DNA from: a bacterium
GTDB taxonomy: Bacteria > UBP18 > UBA7526
Assembly (NCBI GenBank): GCA_030619985.1
Contig: JAUXAI010000002.1
Location: forward strand, 167 to 64,166
Length of the DNA stretch: 64,000 nucleotides
Direction: 5' to 3'
This document shows positions 60,879-64,000 of this stretch, piece by piece. Positions within the stretch are counted from its first letter, which is position 1, and each line of letters starts with the position of its first letter. The notes beneath the pieces are model-generated. The model saw only the letters and a list, made by a program, of their open reading frames with translations, was not told the DNA's origin and searched no databases. The position numbers and the translations under genes are program-made.

Positions 60879-62207
60879 ATGAGGGTTTATGATATTATTC
60901 TGAAGAAGAGGAATGGAGAAAGATTAAGTAAGGAAGAGATCAATTTCATGATCGAGGGCTACTGCAAAGAAGAGATTCCCGATTACCAGATGGCGGCCTT
61001 CCTGATGGCGGTCTACTTCCAGGGGATGTCTCCAGAGGAGGCAACGGATCTCACCATGGCCATGGTCAACTCTGGCGATAGAGTAGACCTGAAAGCGATC
61101 GCGGGTTTCAAGGTCGATAAGCACTCCACAGGAGGAGTAGGGGATACCACGACCCTAGTGCTTGGTCCTATAGTTGCTGCTGCGGGAGGGAAGGTAGCCA
61201 AGATGACGGGAAGGGGACTGGGCCATACCGGAGGAACAATAGATAAGTTGGAATCCATCCCGGGATTCAGAACCTCCCTTACTATGGAAGAGTTTACAGA
61301 GAATGTGAATAGAATTGGTTTGGCTTTGATGGGTCAGACAAAGGAATTGGCACCCGCAGATAAGAGAATCTATGCCCTGAGGGATGTCACAGCGACTGTG
61401 GACTCCACCCCCTTAATTGCAGGAAGCATCTTGAGCAAGAAACTGGCTGCCGGGTCAGATGGGATTGTCCTGGATGTCAAGACTGGATCCGGGGCCTTTA
61501 TGGTGAAGTATGAGGATGCCTTAGCCTTAGCAGAGGCCATGGTCGCCATTGGTGAGGGAGCGGGAAAGAGGATGGTGGCTCTCATTACCAGTATGGAGGA
61601 GCCCTTGGGTCAGGCAATAGGCAATGCCATTGAAGTCAAAGAAGCCATAGATACTCTGAAAGGAGAAGGCCCTAAGGATTTAGAAGAGTTATGCATTGAA
61701 CTGGGAGCGAACATGCTCCTAATCTCTGAGGTGGTGAGGAATCTGAAGGAAGCCAGGGAAAGGTTGAGGGAAGTAATTGAGAATAGAAAGGGTCTGGAGA
61801 AACTGAAGGAGATGGTCAAGACTCAGGGAGGGGATCCAAAGGCAATCGATGATCCTTCTCTCCTTCCCCAGTGCAAAGAAAGGATAGAGGTAGAGAGTCT
61901 AGGAGAAGGATATGTCCAGAAGATAGATGCCTTCTCCGTGGGAGTAAGTTCCCAGGTCTTGGGTGCCGGAAGGCAGAAGAAGGAGGATGTCATCGATTCC
62001 AGTGTAGGGGTCCTCTTGAAGAAAAAGATAGGCGATAAGGTAAAGGCAGGTGAACCCTTAGCCATCTTTCATACCGATGGCGATAGGAAAAAGATAGAGA
62101 ACGCAAAGGAGAAGTTCTTAGCAAGTTACTCCATAGGAAAAGAGAAGGTTAAGAAGCCTAAGTTCTTCTATGCCCGGGTGACGAAGAAAGGAGTAGAGGA
62201 ACTCTAA
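60879..62207 (+). CDS. pdp: Pyrimidine-nucleoside (thymidine) phosphorylase
   Basis: DIILKKRNG, IPDYQMAAFLMAVYFQGM and VDKHSTGGVGD are present. Confidence 0.9.
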   Translation: MRVYDIILKKRNGERLSKEEINFMIEGYCKEEIPDYQMAAFLMAVYFQGMSPEEATDLTMAMVNSGDRVDLKAIAGFKVDKHSTGGVGDTTTLVLGPIVAAAGGKVAKMTGRGLGHTGGTIDKLESIPGFRTSLTMEEFTENVNRIGLALMGQTKELAPADKRIYALRDVTATVDSTPLIAGSILSKKLAAGSDGIVLDVKTGSGAFMVKYEDALALAEAMVAIGEGAGKRMVALITSMEEPLGQAIGNAIEVKEAIDTLKGEGPKDLEELCIELGANMLLISEVVRNLKEARERLREVIENRKGLEKLKEMVKTQGGDPKAIDDPSLLPQCKERIEVESLGEGYVQKIDAFSVGVSSQVLGAGRQKKEDVIDSSVGVLLKKKIGDKVKAGEPLAIFHTDGDRKKIENAKEKFLASYSIGKEKVKKPKFFYARVTKKGVEEL

Positions 62208-62353
62208 ACAACAATGCAAAGTGGGAAAGTGAGCCCCGAACCAATCCCTTTGGGATGCTACGGGGCAGGCAGGTGGGACGGTGAAACGGGGATCTGTGAT
62301 CTGTGGCCATCTGTAAATAATCTGTGATGATCTGTGGTTAAAAAGGAGATGAT
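62208..62353. repeat. GTGGGAAAGTGAG words plus ATCTGTG-word leader
   Basis: 62292-62336 is the reverse complement of 8334-8378 (44/45 by my count). Confidence 0.8.
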
Positions 62354-63349
62354 ATGGAGCTGGGTCGAAATTTCACTAACACCTTTGTCTTGGATGAGTT
62401 GAGTAAAGAGGATCAAAGGAAGGTCTTAAAAGGAGAGTATGATCTCTTTAGCATGAATGCCTTGGGATTGGTTAAGTTTAAGAAAGACATTTTTTTCCAG
62501 ATTAAATTGGCCAAGGAGTTGGGTCTGGACCATATCGAACTGGATGGCGATGTCCCTAATCCTTATCCAGATTTCAGTAGGGAAGAGAGAGAAAAGGTGA
62601 AAGAAAAAGCAAGGAAAGAGGGGATTTCATTATCCCTTCATCTCTCCTATTCCAATGTGGGTTCGAGCGTCTGCAGTTTACAAGAGCTGGACAGAAGAAA
62701 AGCAGTGGAATTACAGAAGGTATACATTGATTTTGCTTCTGATATCGGAGCGAGGTATCTTATTATGCATCCGGGAAGCGCTCCCTTTTATATGGTCTCT
62801 AAACTTTATCTTGAGAAGTTGAAAGAGGCCTTAGTCAAGACTTTAGTAGAGTTAGGAAGTTATGCTCAGGAGAGGGATTTGCTTTTGCATTTAGAGAATA
62901 ATGTCGCCTTCGATAACATCTTCGTTGAGCCCGAGGATTGCATTGGGGTGGTTGAGGAAGCAAGGAAGAAGGGGGCAGAGGTCTACTTTAACTTCGATAT
63001 TGGACACTGGTTTACCAGAGCAGATTGTGGGAAAGATATTCCTGATGAGCCAGAAAGGGTGATGGAAAAAATCCCTAGGGAGCTGGTAAAGGAACTCCAC
63101 CTCAATGACTATGTTCCTGGGAAAAAGACCTTCCATCCACCGTTACATTTGGAGACTGGGCCCTTAAAAAGAAAAAACCTTGAGAATTATTTTGAGATCG
63201 TAAAGAAATTAGAGCCGGAACTCATCGTCCTGGAGACGGCCTATAAGTATCTCGATCAGGTGAAGAATAGGAAAAAGATTCTGGAAGAGGAAACAGCCTA
63301 CATCAAAGAGTTGTTGGCGAGTATACAAGTTAACAAGGGAACAAGTTGA
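62354..63349 (+). CDS. Xylose-isomerase-like TIM-barrel protein, paralog B
   Basis: Paralog of 2393..3370, with the same motif blocks. The C-terminal IQVNKGTS-stop is encoded by the AGTTGAC word repeat. Confidence 0.5.
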   Translation: MELGRNFTNTFVLDELSKEDQRKVLKGEYDLFSMNALGLVKFKKDIFFQIKLAKELGLDHIELDGDVPNPYPDFSREEREKVKEKARKEGISLSLHLSYSNVGSSVCSLQELDRRKAVELQKVYIDFASDIGARYLIMHPGSAPFYMVSKLYLEKLKEALVKTLVELGSYAQERDLLLHLENNVAFDNIFVEPEDCIGVVEEARKKGAEVYFNFDIGHWFTRADCGKDIPDEPERVMEKIPRELVKELHLNDYVPGKKTFHPPLHLETGPLKRKNLENYFEIVKKLEPELIVLETAYKYLDQVKNRKKILEEETAYIKELLASIQVNKGTS

Positions 63350-63500
63350 CAAGATTGTCCAAAGTCGTTGGTAGTTGGGTTAAGACAAAGTAGTGAGTTT
63401 AGTAGTTGGGTAAGGGTTAGGTGTTTAAAGACCAACTACCTAACCTTAACCCTAACCAAATGTTTTCTTATTAACTTATCAACTAATCAACTTGTCAACT
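63325..63500 (+). repeat. ~180-nt composite nested repeat, copy 2
   Basis: Shares acaagttgacaagattgtccaaag, gggttaggtgtttaaagaccaactacctaacc, ccctaaccaaatgtttt and aacttgtcaact with copy 1. Confidence 0.8.
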
Positions 63501-63509
63501 CTTGCGGGA

Positions 63510-64000
63510 ATGGCTATGGCTAAGAAAACGAAAGAGAAGATCGTCTGTGTCATCGATACTGAGACCACAGGAAGAAGGAAGAATGGAGGGGAGATCATCG
63601 AACTGGGAGCAATGAAGTACTCCTATAAGAATGGAAAGGCTAAAATCCTGGAAAGGTTCTTTAGGCGCATCAGGCCCAAGACAGATTACTTCAATCCCCA
63701 GGCCTTAGTAGTGAATGAGATAAATCCTGAGACCCTGAAGAATAAGCCTCCCATAGAAGAGGTCCTCCCCGAATTTTTAAATTTTATAAAGGGGAGCATC
63801 CTGGTCGTCCATCGGGCGGGATTTGATATTGATTTCATACGAGCGGCGATAAGGGAGTGTAACCTTCAGGTGCCGAATAATTGGGTCTGCGATACGGCAA
63901 AGATGGGGGGCATGCTCTTCAAGAAGAGAAACCTCCACTTAGAGGATATGATGAGAGAATTCAGAATAAAGAGGCCCTTTGGAAGGCATAAGTCCTGGAT
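63510..64000 (+). CDS. DEDD-type 3'-5' exonuclease (DnaQ/epsilon-like), 3'-truncated by window end
   Basis: Absent from the ORF track because no stop is reached. ATG 63510 (or 63516). VIDTETTG (ExoI) and VVHRAGFDIDF (ExoII-like) are present. Confidence 0.7.
   Translation, partial: MAMAKKTKEKIVCVIDTETTGRRKNGGEIIELGAMKYSYKNGKAKILERFFRRIRPKTDYFNPQALVVNEINPETLKNKPPIEEVLPEFLNFIKGSILVVHRAGFDIDFIRAAIRECNLQVPNNWVCDTAKMGGMLFKKRNLHLEDMMREFRIKRPFGRHKSW

Noticed and set aside
1-64000. Search for tRNA, rRNA, tmRNA or prophage/IS elements
   Set aside because: I could not recognise any cloverleaf-like or rRNA-like segment, transposase, phage structural gene or terminal inverted repeat of IS type. This is absence of evidence by eye only; tRNAscan-SE, Infernal or ISEScan would be decisive.

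Overview
This 64-kb window is a bacterial, anaerobe-like chromosome segment. All ~68 credible CDS lie on the + strand, and I recognised no rRNA, tRNA or CRISPR. (1) 1-8 kb: a protease gene remnant, MTAP, a xylose-isomerase-like TIM-barrel protein, two P-loop kinases (one Clp1-type polynucleotide kinase) and a HAMP-GAF-GGDEF cyclase. (2) 8.0-18.4 kb: a bacterial microcompartment (BMC) locus of the sugar-phosphate-utilisation kind, with BMC-H, a PduT-like BMC-T, three BMC-P, TpiA, PduL, AckA, an acylating aldehyde dehydrogenase, a PduS/RnfC-like protein, RpiB and DeoC. (3) 18.5-30.3 kb: glyA, an aminotransferase, NfnAB-like genes, thiolase plus DUF35, gdh, hisF, trpE and dapF. (4) 30.3-37.4 kb is the stand-out region. 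Eleven short, compositionally heterogeneous ORFs are separated by integron-type attC-like imperfect palindromes (RYYYAAC ... GTTRRRY, with stop codons inside the first box). They include a TIR-domain protein with the catalytic Glu motif. No integrase is present in the window. The island sits between dapF and a dapL-like aminotransferase. It carries two families of conserved junction repeats, one homologous to the dapF 3' end. (5) 37.4-64 kb: a second gdh, split transketolase, a biotin-dependent acyl-CoA carboxylase/decarboxylase set, a family III CoA-transferase, aldehyde:ferredoxin oxidoreductase, a complete reductive pyrimidine degradation set (fused PreT-PreA, dihydropyrimidinase, beta-ureidopropionase, omega-aminotransferase), deoB-add-punA-pdp, a second TIM-barrel paralog and a 3'-truncated DnaQ-like exonuclease. 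A second unusual signal runs across the window. Nearly every host intergenic spacer is built from tandem 7-10-nt words arranged as nested inverted repeats followed by stereotyped Shine-Dalgarno leaders. The same heptamer words occur as tandem arrays inside four CDS and encode the C-terminal tails of several proteins. All calls rest on reading the sequence and the ORF translations. No database search was run, so family assignments come from motif recognition.
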